44,896 bases of DNA from Gammaproteobacteria bacterium (GCA_020029545.1 JAIBJL010000024.1:1-44896), one strand, 5' to 3'; positions 34,150 to 43,454 are shown, counted from the stretch's first letter. The notes: generated by a model not told the origin, from the sequence alone. Numbers and translations: made by a program.

Positions 34150-35517
34150 TTAGAGCGATTCCGTGAGTGAAAGGAAACTGGTCGTCAAATTTCTTTGGGA
34201 ACCCGTGGAGGACTCGCTCGCGGGCTGGTTGGTAAATTCGATCGCGCCGCCGTTCCTGCTGGGGGTCACGCCGAAGCGTTGGCGGAGGAATTCGACGATT
34301 CGGGTGGGGTCGGTCGAGGGGAATTCTCCGCTGATGTGGATGTCGTCTAGCGCGTGGTCTTTGATTGTGAGCTGACGGCGGTTGTAGCGGTTGAATTCTT
34401 CGAAGACTTCACCCAAGGGCGTGGCGTCGAAGATCAGCTTGCGATCAGTCCAGGCGGTAGCGGCGGCGACGTTGGCAAGTTCCGGGAGGGAGACCGCAAT
34501 CGGTGTGATCGTTACGTGTTGGCCGGCGATGAGAAATACCTCGCGTGTGATCTGCGCCACGCGGGCTGCTCCTTCTCCGGTGCTTCGCATACGTTCGTGA
34601 GCGAGTGTCGATGAAGGCGTCGAGGCTTGCGGTGCTGCTGAATTGTCTCGCTGCAGCGGTGGTCCAGAGCCTGCGTTTCCCGGGTCCTGCGGGCGATCCG
34701 TCAACCTCTCGCCGGCTAGTTCACCTTCGGGGGCGCGGGACAGTCCTGCAACTTTCGACTTCGGCACTACAGCCACCTTGCCTTCGATGACGGTGACGAT
34801 GGTGCCGGACGGTTTGCGGTATACGTCGAACTGGGTGCCGACGGCACGAACGGTTGCGCTGGCGCTTTGAACGATGAATGGGCGCAGGGGGTTTTTGGCG
34901 ACACTGAAGAGTGCTTGGCCCTGCAGCAGTTGGACTCTTCGTTCGTGTTCGGTGTAGTTGACCCGCAGGCGGGTGCGGGAGTTGAGCTGTACGGTGGAGC
35001 CGTCTTCGAGAACGATGGAACGTTGTTCGCCGATGTCGGTCGCGTAGATGTTGCGTTGGGTGTAGTGCCAGGTTCCGAAGCAAGTACCGATGACGAATAG
35101 CAGGCTTGCGGCGAGGGCGATGAATTTCCGACGGCGGGCCGTGTGTGCGGATTCGTGCTCGTGCGAGACGGAGCAGGCCTGGGTCTTGGCAGGATCTTGG
35201 CTCGGGGTCGAAGCCTGTTCCCGCTGCGCGGGTCCGGCCGTGTGGCAATAGGGCAAGTCCGGCGTCAATGAAACGACATTCGATTCGGCGTGGGCGATGA
35301 GTGCTTCGATGTCGGTGTGCGTGTGTTTGAGGTTGGCTGCGTCCTCCCAGAATGCGGTGACTTGCAGGTACGCCTGTATGTGTTGGGGGGAGTGGCGCAG
35401 CCAGGCAATGAATTCTTCACGGCCTGGCGTGCCGACTTCTCCTTCGGTGAAGTCGATGAACCAGGAGGAGGCTTCCTCGAGGACTTGGGTGCTGAGGGGC
35501 AGGCTGCGTTTCTCCAT
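34150..35517 (-). CDS. FecR-family anti-sigma factor/transmembrane sensor
   Basis: EEASSWF, WLRHSPQH, TM helix, TDIGEQRSIVLEDGS, VRAVGTQFDV, EEFNRYN, ISGEF; start at ATG 35517. Confidence 0.93.
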   Translation of the reverse strand: MEKRSLPLSTQVLEEASSWFIDFTEGEVGTPGREEFIAWLRHSPQHIQAYLQVTAFWEDAANLKHTHTDIEALIAHAESNVVSLTPDLPYCHTAGPAQREQASTPSQDPAKTQACSVSHEHESAHTARRRKFIALAASLLFVIGTCFGTWHYTQRNIYATDIGEQRSIVLEDGSTVQLNSRTRLRVNYTEHERRVQLLQGQALFSVAKNPLRPFIVQSASATVRAVGTQFDVYRKPSGTIVTVIEGKVAVVPKSKVAGLSRAPEGELAGERLTDRPQDPGNAGSGPPLQRDNSAAPQASTPSSTLAHERMRSTGEGAARVAQITREVFLIAGQHVTITPIAVSLPELANVAAATAWTDRKLIFDATPLGEVFEEFNRYNRRQLTIKDHALDDIHISGEFPSTDPTRIVEFLRQRFGVTPSRNGGAIEFTNQPASESSTGSQRNLTTSFLSLTESL

Positions 35518-35522
35518 GTGCC

Positions 35523-36083
35523 CTATTCCGTGCTTTGCATGTGTTGCTGGCAGTAGGTCATGGCTTTGATCAGATATTTCTTGGCCATGACGCGGGTGAC
35601 GCCGAAGCGGTTGCCGATTTGCTCGAGTGTCAGCCCTTCGCATCGATACATGAGCAGGGTGGCGTAGGCGCGTGGCGAGTATTGTTGCAGTCCTATGCCG
35701 AGCGCCTCGAACTTCTGTTGGAGCTGAACTTGGGTGTAAGGGTCGGTGTCGAAGCTGGCTTCAAGCGCGGTGGCGATGTCGTCGGGTTCGATGGGTATGG
35801 CGGTGACGGCTTGTTTGAGTGCGTGTTGGTGGAGGACGTGGCTTGCGACGGTGTGCAGGTAGGCCTCGGGGTTGCGGATGGCTTCGGTATCGGGAATGCG
35901 CAGGAGTCGTAAATAGACTTCTTGCATCAGGTCCTGGAGGTCCGCGGATGCCTGTGGAAGGCGTCGGGCGAGGAAGCGTCGAAGCTTGCGGCCGTGGGTC
36001 TTTTCGAGACCTGCGACGAAGGTGCGGCTAGCTTTCGCGATTGGAATTGGCTCTTTGGGAAGCACGTTGCTTCTCGAAAACAC
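35523..36083 (-). CDS. ECF sigma factor (FecI-like)
   Basis: LRRFLARR, DLMQEVYLRLL, NPEAYLHTVA, EGLTLEQIG HTH; upstream of fecR; start uncertain. Confidence 0.92.
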   Translation of the reverse strand: MFSRSNVLPKEPIPIAKASRTFVAGLEKTHGRKLRRFLARRLPQASADLQDLMQEVYLRLLRIPDTEAIRNPEAYLHTVASHVLHQHALKQAVTAIPIEPDDIATALEASFDTDPYTQVQLQQKFEALGIGLQQYSPRAYATLLMYRCEGLTLEQIGNRFGVTRVMAKKYLIKAMTYCQQHMQSTE

Positions 36084-36172
36084 CCGTCATGGAAGGATTA
36101 GAGTGTTTTGGAAGCGAAAAGGAAACCGGGGGAACGCTTATCTGCGCGTGAAGCGCGGTCGAATAGCCTCGG

Positions 36173-36200
36173 TGCGATAGGGATATTGCGATAGGGATAT
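36173..36200. repeat. Perfect 14-bp tandem repeat in the divergent promoter region
   Basis: TGCGATAGGGATAT at 36173-36186 and 36187-36200. Confidence 0.85.
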
Positions 36201-36274
36201 GCAGATCTTGACTCCTGCGGGCATCGAAGGGGTGCGACTTTGGCTCGATTGCCACTGGCGCGGGCGCCAGTCTT

Positions 36275-36283
36275 TGTTAGACT
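36275..36283 (+). promoter_or_regulatory. Extended -10 promoter (TGnTAGACT), probably leaderless, for the metal-uptake operon
   Basis: The ATG at 36290 begins 7 nt after TAGACT; no SD visible. Confidence 0.5.
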
Positions 36284-36289
36284 CAGCCC

Positions 36290-36586
36290 ATGTCTTTTAC
36301 ACGGCTCCCTAAGCAGCAACGCTGGATACTGTCCTTCGTGGCAGCATTGTTCCTCGTTGCGCAGTTAGGGATCGCGACGCACTCGCTGCATCTGGACGGT
36401 GGCGGCAAGACCGAGGTGGTTTGCGGCTTCTGCGTCACTTCGCATGCGTCGATGGACGGACTGGCTCACGCTCCGACGCTGAGGTTTTCTTTCGCGCCCT
36501 CCGAAGTTTTGAGCGATGGCATAACTGTCATCGCGTCATTCGAGTTTCCTTCCTCCGCGCGCGTCCGCGCGCCTCCTGCCTGCTGA
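36290..36586 (+). CDS. DUF2946/CruR/CutF-like leader protein (signal anchor, HxxH, CxxC, C-terminal RAPP)
   Basis: Hydrophobic residues 12-29, H31/H34, C45-G-F-C48, H52, RAPP at 93-96 of 98 aa; first gene of a metal uptake operon. Confidence 0.8.
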   Translation: MSFTRLPKQQRWILSFVAALFLVAQLGIATHSLHLDGGGKTEVVCGFCVTSHASMDGLAHAPTLRFSFAPSEVLSDGITVIASFEFPSSARVRAPPAC

Positions 36587-36679
36587 CACCGCTGTTGCCG
36601 TGCGCTTGCCATTGAGGCAATGCGCTCGTTTGCGTCGTACCGCCGCGTCGACGCGTGTCATTCATGCTGGAGATCTTCA

Positions 36680-37897
36680 ATGCACCGTTTCTCTCACGCC
36701 GGCCGTCGCGCCGCGCATCTCACGATGTTCACCTGTTTGTTGTCATGCGTCACCGCAATCGCGCCGCGACCTGTAGCGGCGCAGGGCGCGATTACGAGTA
36801 ATGCTTTCAATCCCGCGCTCAGTCTGATTCTGGACGGCAAGTACACCAACTACTCGCGCGATCCACGCGACTATCAGATCTCCGGTGTGCTGCTGGGCGA
36901 GGAAGCAGGGCTGCCGTCCCGCGGACTCTCCCTGGGTGAAACGGAACTGGCGGCAAGCGCCAACGTTGACGACAAGTTCTACGGTCAGGTCACACTGTCG
37001 ATCTCCGACAACGACGAAAAAACCGACCTCAATGTCGAGGAAGCTTTCGTTCAGACCACAACCTTGCCCCAGGGCCTCACCGCGCGTGCCGGCAAGTTCC
37101 TCTCCGACATCGGGTATCAGAATTCAAAGCATTCGCATACCTGGGATTTCGCAGATCAGCCGCTCGTCTACCGGGCTCTGCTCGGCGAACAGTTTGGCGA
37201 TACCGGCGTGCAACTCAAATGGGTCGCACCGACCGCGTTGTTCGTCGAGTTGGGCGGCGAAGCATTTCGTGGCAGCGAATTTCCCGCCAGCGGAGCGGGG
37301 CACGATGGTGTCGGTGCTTACACCGCGTTCGCCCACCTCGGCGGCGACGTGGGCGACACCCATTCCTGGCGTGCAGGTGTCAGCTATCTCGATACCGACG
37401 CAGTCAATCGGGAAAGCACGCTGCCCAGCGACGATATCGTGGCATTCACCGGCCAGAGTCGGGTGTGGATCGCGGATGCAATCTGGAAATGGGCGGATCA
37501 TGGCAATCCCAAGACGCGCAACTTCGTACTGCAAGGCGAATATCTGCGTCGCAAGGAATCGGGAAATCTCGCAACGCGTCTGGCGACGGCTGCGTACGAC
37601 GGCACGCAGAGCGGTTTCTACGTGCAAGGGGTTTATCAGTTCATGCCGCGCTGGCGAGCCGGCGTGCGCTATGACCGCCTGAGTGCAGACAACACGGTCG
37701 GGCCGCTGCCGATTGCGACACCCCTCAGCGACGACCGCGACCCATCGCGCGTTACCGCGATGGTCGACTTCTCCAACAGCGAGTTCAGTCGCCTACGCTT
37801 GCAGCTCGCCGACGATCGCTCACGCGCGCGCAGCGACCGGCAATTGATCCTGCAATACGTCTTCAGTCTGGGGGCCCACGGCGCGCACCAGTTCTGA
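36680..37897 (+). CDS. Outer membrane beta-barrel protein associated with Zn/metal ABC uptake
   Basis: Signal peptide; NAFNPALSLILDG, VEEAF, HSHTWDFADQP, SEFSRLRLQ, C-terminal SLGAHGAHQF; GGAG RBS before ATG 36680. Confidence 0.85.
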   Translation: MHRFSHAGRRAAHLTMFTCLLSCVTAIAPRPVAAQGAITSNAFNPALSLILDGKYTNYSRDPRDYQISGVLLGEEAGLPSRGLSLGETELAASANVDDKFYGQVTLSISDNDEKTDLNVEEAFVQTTTLPQGLTARAGKFLSDIGYQNSKHSHTWDFADQPLVYRALLGEQFGDTGVQLKWVAPTALFVELGGEAFRGSEFPASGAGHDGVGAYTAFAHLGGDVGDTHSWRAGVSYLDTDAVNRESTLPSDDIVAFTGQSRVWIADAIWKWADHGNPKTRNFVLQGEYLRRKESGNLATRLATAAYDGTQSGFYVQGVYQFMPRWRAGVRYDRLSADNTVGPLPIATPLSDDRDPSRVTAMVDFSNSEFSRLRLQLADDRSRARSDRQLILQYVFSLGAHGAHQF

Positions 37898-37928
37898 GCC
37901 AGCGGTAAACTTTTAAAGAGAGCAGGTC

Positions 37929-38828
37929 ATGCAAAAAATATATTTTCTGATGCTCCTCGGCATTGTGTTCAATGTCCCGGCGAATGCCGCGTTACGTATC
38001 TTTTCCTGCGAGCCCGAATGGGCGGCGCTGGCAAAGGAAATCGGCAACGACAAAGTCGATGTCACGTCCGCCACCACGCCCGATCAGGATGTGCACTACA
38101 TTCAGGCACGCCCCAGCCTGATCGCACAGATGCGTCGTGCCGATCTCGTGGTGTGCACCGGCGCAGATCTCGAGGTCGGTTGGTTGCCGGTGCTGCTGCG
38201 GCAAGGCGGCAATGCGAAGGTGCAGCCCGGGCAGGATGGATTTTTCGATGCATCCTCCGCGGTGCAATTGCTCGAAGTGCCCACATCGGTGGATCGGTCC
38301 ATGGGCGATGTGCATCCTTACGGCAATCCCCATTTGCAGCTCGACCCGCACAACATCGCGAAGGTCGCGGCAGCGCTTGCAGCGCGCATGGAGAAACTTG
38401 ACGCAGCAGACGCCTCACTCTTTCAGCAGCGGTCGACCGATTTTCTGCTGCGCTGGAACCAAGCCATCGACAAGTGGACGCAGGACGGCGCAGGTCTCAA
38501 AGGTATGCAGATCGTCACGCATCATCGCAGCTACGTGTATCTCGACCATTGGCTCGGGCTTGAAGAGATCGGCAGTCTCGAACCCAAGCCCGGCATCGAG
38601 CCGACCACCGGGCATCTTGCGCAACTGCTCGATCAGGTGAAGAACAAGCACGTCAAGGCAATCGTGCGCTCTTCCTATCAGGACAGTCGCGCGTCGGACT
38701 GGTTGTCGAGCCGCACCGGCATCAAAGCCATCGTATTGCCGCACACAGCGGGCAGCGTACCGGAAGCGAAGGATCTGTTTGCAATGTTCGACGTGATCAT
38801 CGCGCGTCTGAACGAGGCGAACAAATGA
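37929..38828 (+). CDS. Metal ABC transporter substrate-binding protein (ZnuA/TroA cluster A-I)
   Basis: DVHYIQARPS, GADLEVGWL, DVHPYGNPH, THHRSY, EPKPGIEP. Confidence 0.92.
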   Translation: MQKIYFLMLLGIVFNVPANAALRIFSCEPEWAALAKEIGNDKVDVTSATTPDQDVHYIQARPSLIAQMRRADLVVCTGADLEVGWLPVLLRQGGNAKVQPGQDGFFDASSAVQLLEVPTSVDRSMGDVHPYGNPHLQLDPHNIAKVAAALAARMEKLDAADASLFQQRSTDFLLRWNQAIDKWTQDGAGLKGMQIVTHHRSYVYLDHWLGLEEIGSLEPKPGIEPTTGHLAQLLDQVKNKHVKAIVRSSYQDSRASDWLSSRTGIKAIVLPHTAGSVPEAKDLFAMFDVIIARLNEANK

Positions 38829-39616
38829 ATACCGATGCGCTCGACGTCAGTATTCTCGGCCCGGCGTTGCTCGCTGGAGTACTGGTGCTGGCGAGCCACG
38901 TGCCGCTCGGTCGCCAGGTGCTCAAGCGCGGGATTATCTTCATCGATCTCGCCATCGCCCAGGCGGCGGGCCTGGGAGTCATCGCTGCAGGAGTATTTGG
39001 CTGGGATCCGCATGGACTCTCCGCACAGGCTGCAGCCGTCCTGGCCGCACTGCTGGGAGCGTCGTTGCTGGCATGGACCGATTCGAAGTTTGGCGAAGTG
39101 CAGGAAGCAATCATCGGTGTGTTCTTTGCTTTGTGTGCAACGGGCGGGCTGATCCTGCTCGCCAACAATCCGCATGGCGGCGAGGAGCTGAAAGATCTGC
39201 TGGTCGGACAGATCTTGTGGGTGGATATTCACAACCTGCTGCCGGCAGCCATTGTGAGTGTGATCGTACTCATTGCGTGGTTCGGATTTCGCGCCAGCCT
39301 CGGCCGGCCGGGCTTCTATCTGGTCTTTGCGCTGAGCGTAACGGTATCCGTGCAGTTGGTGGGTGTTTATCTGGTGTTTGCCAGTCTCATCGTGCCTGCA
39401 TTGGCCACACGTCAATTGAATGACCGCGGCGGACTCCTCTGGGCGTACTCGATCGGGTTTGTCGCGTATTGTGTCGGCCTCGCGGCTTCGGCATTGTTCG
39501 ATCTGCCGACCGGCGCAGTAATCGTGTGGAGTCTTGCGGCTGTTGGAATGATCGCTCGCGGTGCGATGAGCAAGCGGCAGCTGGCGTTGGATCACCAGAC
39601 CTCATCTCGGAATTGA
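38825..39616 (+). CDS. Metal ABC transporter permease (ZnuB-like)
   Basis: Multiple TM helices; VLKRGIIFIDLAIAQ, LLVGQILWV, GVYLVFASLIVPA, FDLPTG; ATGA overlap with the SBP gene. Confidence 0.92.
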   Translation: MNTDALDVSILGPALLAGVLVLASHVPLGRQVLKRGIIFIDLAIAQAAGLGVIAAGVFGWDPHGLSAQAAAVLAALLGASLLAWTDSKFGEVQEAIIGVFFALCATGGLILLANNPHGGEELKDLLVGQILWVDIHNLLPAAIVSVIVLIAWFGFRASLGRPGFYLVFALSVTVSVQLVGVYLVFASLIVPALATRQLNDRGGLLWAYSIGFVAYCVGLAASALFDLPTGAVIVWSLAAVGMIARGAMSKRQLALDHQTSSRN

Positions 39617-39877
39617 TGAGCGGGCGCAACACCGCGGTCGCCGTCATCTGCGCGGGCATGACGAAAAGGGAAAGTGGCGCTGATGTTTCGACACGTTCGG
39701 AATCAGAGAACTGGAGTCGATCGATGGATTCATCCCGGCTGCGTCAGAATATCGAAGCTGTCTGGCAGGCGGATAGGAAGAATAAACACCCTTTTCCGCT
39801 GACACGACGCATCGAAGTCCCTAGCGAGGGACATCGCGTTCCTTGCTCATGCATCAATGCGGGTGGGTAGCGCACGG

Positions 39878-39941
39878 CCTTACCGGGGGCGCACGCGCCT
39901 GCCGCTCAAGGGGTTCGAGTATTCGATAGATTGTTGCTTGA
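39878..39941. repeat. 64-bp direct repeat, copy 1
   Basis: 59/64 identical to 41451-41514 by manual alignment. Confidence 0.9.
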
Positions 39942-40179
39942 TTGGGATTGCATTCGACGAGTGGGGAGGCTGCCGATTCCACTCGCGGCTCATGCATGAA
40001 GCGATGATAGGCCTCGATGGCACGCTCGCGATCAGCGTGAAACATGGGTAGTGCCAAGTCCGTCGTTACCCAGTCATCGACGGGTAGTTGGGCTTGAAGA
40101 AGATATTCTGACGATGATTGTCCCGCAGCGTGACGTGATACACGGTGCCGTGCGCATGCAGGCGAAGTGGCCTTCGCCG
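39942..40179 (-). pseudogene. Internally deleted REP-associated (Y1/RAYT-like) transposase remnant
   Basis: N-terminal RPLRLHAHGTVYHVTLRDNHRQNIFF joined in another frame to DWVTTDLALPMFHADRERAIEAYHRFM..SPLVECNPN; HUH motif and catalytic Tyr missing. Confidence 0.7.
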
Positions 40180-40247
40180 AACGCTTCCGCTCGCCACTGC
40201 GTGCAGATGTCCTTCCAAGCACGGTGCATCATCCGCCTGCGTCATCC

Positions 40248-40661
40248 TCAAGGCGCTGGCAGACCCTGGAGCGCGTAGGCTGGGCCAACAGTTGCCTTCT
40301 CGCGCATCGGTCGGATAGCGGCGTATTCCGGCGAATTCCACCAGTCCTTCAGGTTCTTCATGCTCGGGAACTGGACAATGATGATGCTGCCCTTGGGCGG
40401 TGCGGAACGGGGCATATCGATCGGCAAGGGAACGCCCGCGGCAACGACATGGGAGCCATAGCGTGCTCCGGCCTTGCCGGCTGCCTCCTGGTACTGCCTG
40501 AACAGCTCGGCGTCGAGCACTTCCTGAACGTTGCCCACAAAAAAAGCCGGTGCCGTCGCGGTCTGCGCATGTAGCGCGCCGACGCCAGCGGCGCCCAGAA
40601 CAATGCCGACGAAGCCGGCCGCCGTGATGTGAACCAACTTCGTTCGATATTGTGATTTCAT
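40248..40661 (-). CDS. DUF1330 domain protein with signal peptide
   Basis: GAAGVGALHAQ signal; IIVQFPSM..WWNSPEYAAIRPMR motif; start at ATG 40661. Confidence 0.88.
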   Translation of the reverse strand: MKSQYRTKLVHITAAGFVGIVLGAAGVGALHAQTATAPAFFVGNVQEVLDAELFRQYQEAAGKAGARYGSHVVAAGVPLPIDMPRSAPPKGSIIIVQFPSMKNLKDWWNSPEYAAIRPMREKATVGPAYALQGLPAP

Positions 40662-40713
40662 GCTGCCCCCTGCAGTGGATGTCCGGGGAAGACTACCGCC
40701 GGTAAGCTGATTG

Positions 40714-41328
40714 TCAGGCACTCAAGCCGACTTTGATACGCGGTATGGGCACGTACCCCGGCAGCGCCTCGATGCGGCCCAACCAGGCACGGATGCTGGG
40801 ATAGTCATCGAGCGACACATTGCCTTCGGGTGCAGTCGCCGTGTACGAATAGATCGCCAGATCGGCAATGGTCGGCTTTTCACCAGTGAGAAAAGGGGTC
40901 TTGCTCAGGATCGCTTCGATGACCCTGAACAGGTTGTGAGCCTGCGCGATGAGCGCCCCGTCGAGCGGTTGCTTGAACACGTTTGCACGCCGTGCGGCCG
41001 CCGGATAGAAAGCAAGCGGTCCGGCAGCGACTGATAGCCAGCGCTGAATAGCTGCCTTGCCCGCCGGGTCCCGTGCATACCAGCTTTCGGGCGCATGGCG
41101 CTCCGCGAGATAGACCAGAATGGCGTTCGAATCCGTGATGACGAGTTCGCCATCCTCGAGCACTGGCACCTGACCGAAGGGATTGAGGCGCAGGAATTCC
41201 GGCGTCTTGTGCGCGCCCGCCCGTAAATCGACGGGAATCACCGTGTGCGGCAGATCCAGCAACGACAGGAACAATCGCACGCGATAGCAGTGTCCGGACA
41301 TGGCGAAGTCGTGCAGTTTCAAACTCAT
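40714..41328 (-). CDS. Glutathione S-transferase
   Basis: SGHCYRVRL, LNPFGQVPVL, DSNAILVYL, TIADLAIY; GGAGG RBS before ATG 41328. Confidence 0.95.
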   Translation of the reverse strand: MSLKLHDFAMSGHCYRVRLFLSLLDLPHTVIPVDLRAGAHKTPEFLRLNPFGQVPVLEDGELVITDSNAILVYLAERHAPESWYARDPAGKAAIQRWLSVAAGPLAFYPAAARRANVFKQPLDGALIAQAHNLFRVIEAILSKTPFLTGEKPTIADLAIYSYTATAPEGNVSLDDYPSIRAWLGRIEALPGYVPIPRIKVGLSA

Positions 41329-41450
41329 TTTTCTCGCGCCTCCATTTTTGACGTCGGTCTGCGGATAGGAAGAATAAACGCCCCTTTGCGCAGCAGCCAG
41401 CCTAATAACGTACGGCTGGCTGCATTCCAGCACCGCATCCTCGCGGGCGA

Positions 41451-41514
41451 CCTTACCGGTGGCGCACGCGCTTGCCGCTCAAGGTGTTCGAGTATTCGAT
41501 GGATCGTTGCTTGA
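41451..41514. repeat. 64-bp direct repeat, copy 2
   Basis: 59/64 identical to 39878-39941. Confidence 0.9.
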
Positions 41515-41906
41515 GCTTCGATGCGGGTGCCGCGCATGGACGCACCAATGCCGCGAGCGCAACACGCCAAATATCGGCTCTCTGTTTTTTTGCACGATCG
41601 CATCGTTCCGTCCCGAACATATCGGGAGGCTGGACTGCTGATGCGTTGTCCCGGTTTCCCGGCGGCACCGTTCGTCGCGCTACAAGCCCGCTCTGCAGAA
41701 GCAACATATATCGACCGATGTTCGTATACCGACCCCGCTTGCGCATGCAGGCAGTGGCGCAGAGGTGCCGGCCTTGAGAGAATCCCGGCCCGGCGCTACG
41801 CTCCGGGCGTTTTTCCTTGGCCGCCGACGTTTCGCTCATGCACCGCTGCTTCGCGCACGCGGCGGCACGACAAGGCACATGCAACTACCTTCCTTCGAGG
41901 TTTGAA

Positions 41907-43454
41907 ATGAAAGCACCACATTTTCCGAACCTGCCGCTCTATCAGGGCTGGGGACGGCCCATGCGGGTGGAATCGAGCGTCGATTCACTGGTGCTGCTCG
42001 ATGGAACGCCGCCGGAGGGGCTCAATGGCTCCTGGTACAAGGTTGGGCCGGATCGGCAGTACCCCCCCCGGCACGGCGACGATGTCTTCATCGACGGCGA
42101 AGGCATGGCCCACGTGTTTCACTTCGATCGCGGCACCGTCAGCTATCGCAGCCGCTGGATCCGCAATGCCCGGTTCCTGGCGCAGGAAAAAGCCGGCCGT
42201 TCCCTGTTCGGCGAATATCGCAACCCCTTCGACAAGGATCCCTCGGCGCGCGACATCAGCGGCGGCACCGCCAACACCAACGCCGTCCTGTGCGGCGACC
42301 AGATCCTGATCCTCAAAGAGGACGATCTTCCCTACGCGGTGCATCCGAAGACCCTGGAAACCATTGGCCGGTTCGACTACGGCGGCAAGGTGAAGGCGCA
42401 GCGACTCTCGGCCCACCCCAAGATCGATCCGGTGGCCGACAGCGTCCTCAATTACGGCAATCAGGCCAAGGGCGACGGCACGCTGGACATGGCCTTTTAC
42501 GAGTTCGACCAGGAAGGCAACATCCGCGACGAAATCTGGTTCGACGCGCCCTTCGCCGGGCACGTGCACGACTTCTGCTTCACCAAGAACTACGTGGTGT
42601 TCGCGTTCCATCCGCTGGTCACCGACCTGGAAACGGTCAAGCGAACCGGTTTCTTCTTCCAGTGGCGGCCGCAGCACGGCATGAAGATCGCGGTACTGAA
42701 GCGGCGCGGGACCGCGGCCGACATCCGCTGGTTCGACGGCCCGCCGGTCAGCTTCGGCCATACGGTGAATGCCTTCGAAGAAGGCTCGACCCTCTGTTTC
42801 GATCTGCTGATGTCGCAGAGCAACGTTTTTTCCTTCCACTTCACGGCGGAGGACGGCAAGCGCTCGATGCCCGATCCGCAGAAGTTGCGGCGTATCAAGA
42901 TCGACCTCGCGGGCAACGGCGCGACCTACCAGATCACTCCGGAGATCGGCCCGATCTGCGAACTGGCGCGGATCGACGATCGCTACCTGGGATATCCCTA
43001 TCGCTACATCTGGACGCTGTTCGGAGGTCCGCCTTCAAGCCCGGAAGCCGGTGCGGCTCAAGGCGCGATGGCCGGTGTGACCGGCGGCGGCACCGATGGA
43101 TTCATCGACATCTTCAATGGCGAGGCGGATGTGGGGAGCATCGATCGGCACACCGGCGCCATCGATAAGTATTCGTTCGGCCCGCGTACGAATGTGCATG
43201 AATCGCAGTTCGTTCCGCGCACACCCGACAGCCCCGAGGGCGATGGCTGGCTGCTGACGATCGTCAACCGTCTCGAAGAGCACCGCTCGGAGCTGGCCAT
43301 TTTCGATGCGCTGAAGTTGTCTGCCGGCCCTCTCGCGCTATACGACATCGGTGTGCGCGTGCGATCGACTTTCCACGGCAACTGGGTGCCTGAAGAGACG
43401 TTCCGCACGCATCGCTACGCCATGAGCCGCAAGGTGTCGGTGAGCGGCGTATGA
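41907..43454 (+). CDS. Carotenoid oxygenase family protein (lignostilbene dioxygenase-like)
   Basis: FIDGEGM, LFGEYRNPF, TANTN, LKED; four iron-binding His (SAHPK, VHDF, GHTVN, FHGNW); EGDGWLL; start at ATG 41907. Confidence 0.93.
   Translation: MKAPHFPNLPLYQGWGRPMRVESSVDSLVLLDGTPPEGLNGSWYKVGPDRQYPPRHGDDVFIDGEGMAHVFHFDRGTVSYRSRWIRNARFLAQEKAGRSLFGEYRNPFDKDPSARDISGGTANTNAVLCGDQILILKEDDLPYAVHPKTLETIGRFDYGGKVKAQRLSAHPKIDPVADSVLNYGNQAKGDGTLDMAFYEFDQEGNIRDEIWFDAPFAGHVHDFCFTKNYVVFAFHPLVTDLETVKRTGFFFQWRPQHGMKIAVLKRRGTAADIRWFDGPPVSFGHTVNAFEEGSTLCFDLLMSQSNVFSFHFTAEDGKRSMPDPQKLRRIKIDLAGNGATYQITPEIGPICELARIDDRYLGYPYRYIWTLFGGPPSSPEAGAAQGAMAGVTGGGTDGFIDIFNGEADVGSIDRHTGAIDKYSFGPRTNVHESQFVPRTPDSPEGDGWLLTIVNRLEEHRSELAIFDALKLSAGPLALYDIGVRVRSTFHGNWVPEETFRTHRYAMSRKVSVSGV

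Noticed and set aside
41864-41880. sigma54 promoter before the oxygenase gene (CGGCACGACAAGGC)
   Set aside because: GG-to-GC spacing is one base short
41325-41884. 92-aa and 143-aa minus-strand ORFs upstream of the GST gene
   Set aside because: No family motifs or RBS; they run through the 64-bp repeat and look like decayed DNA
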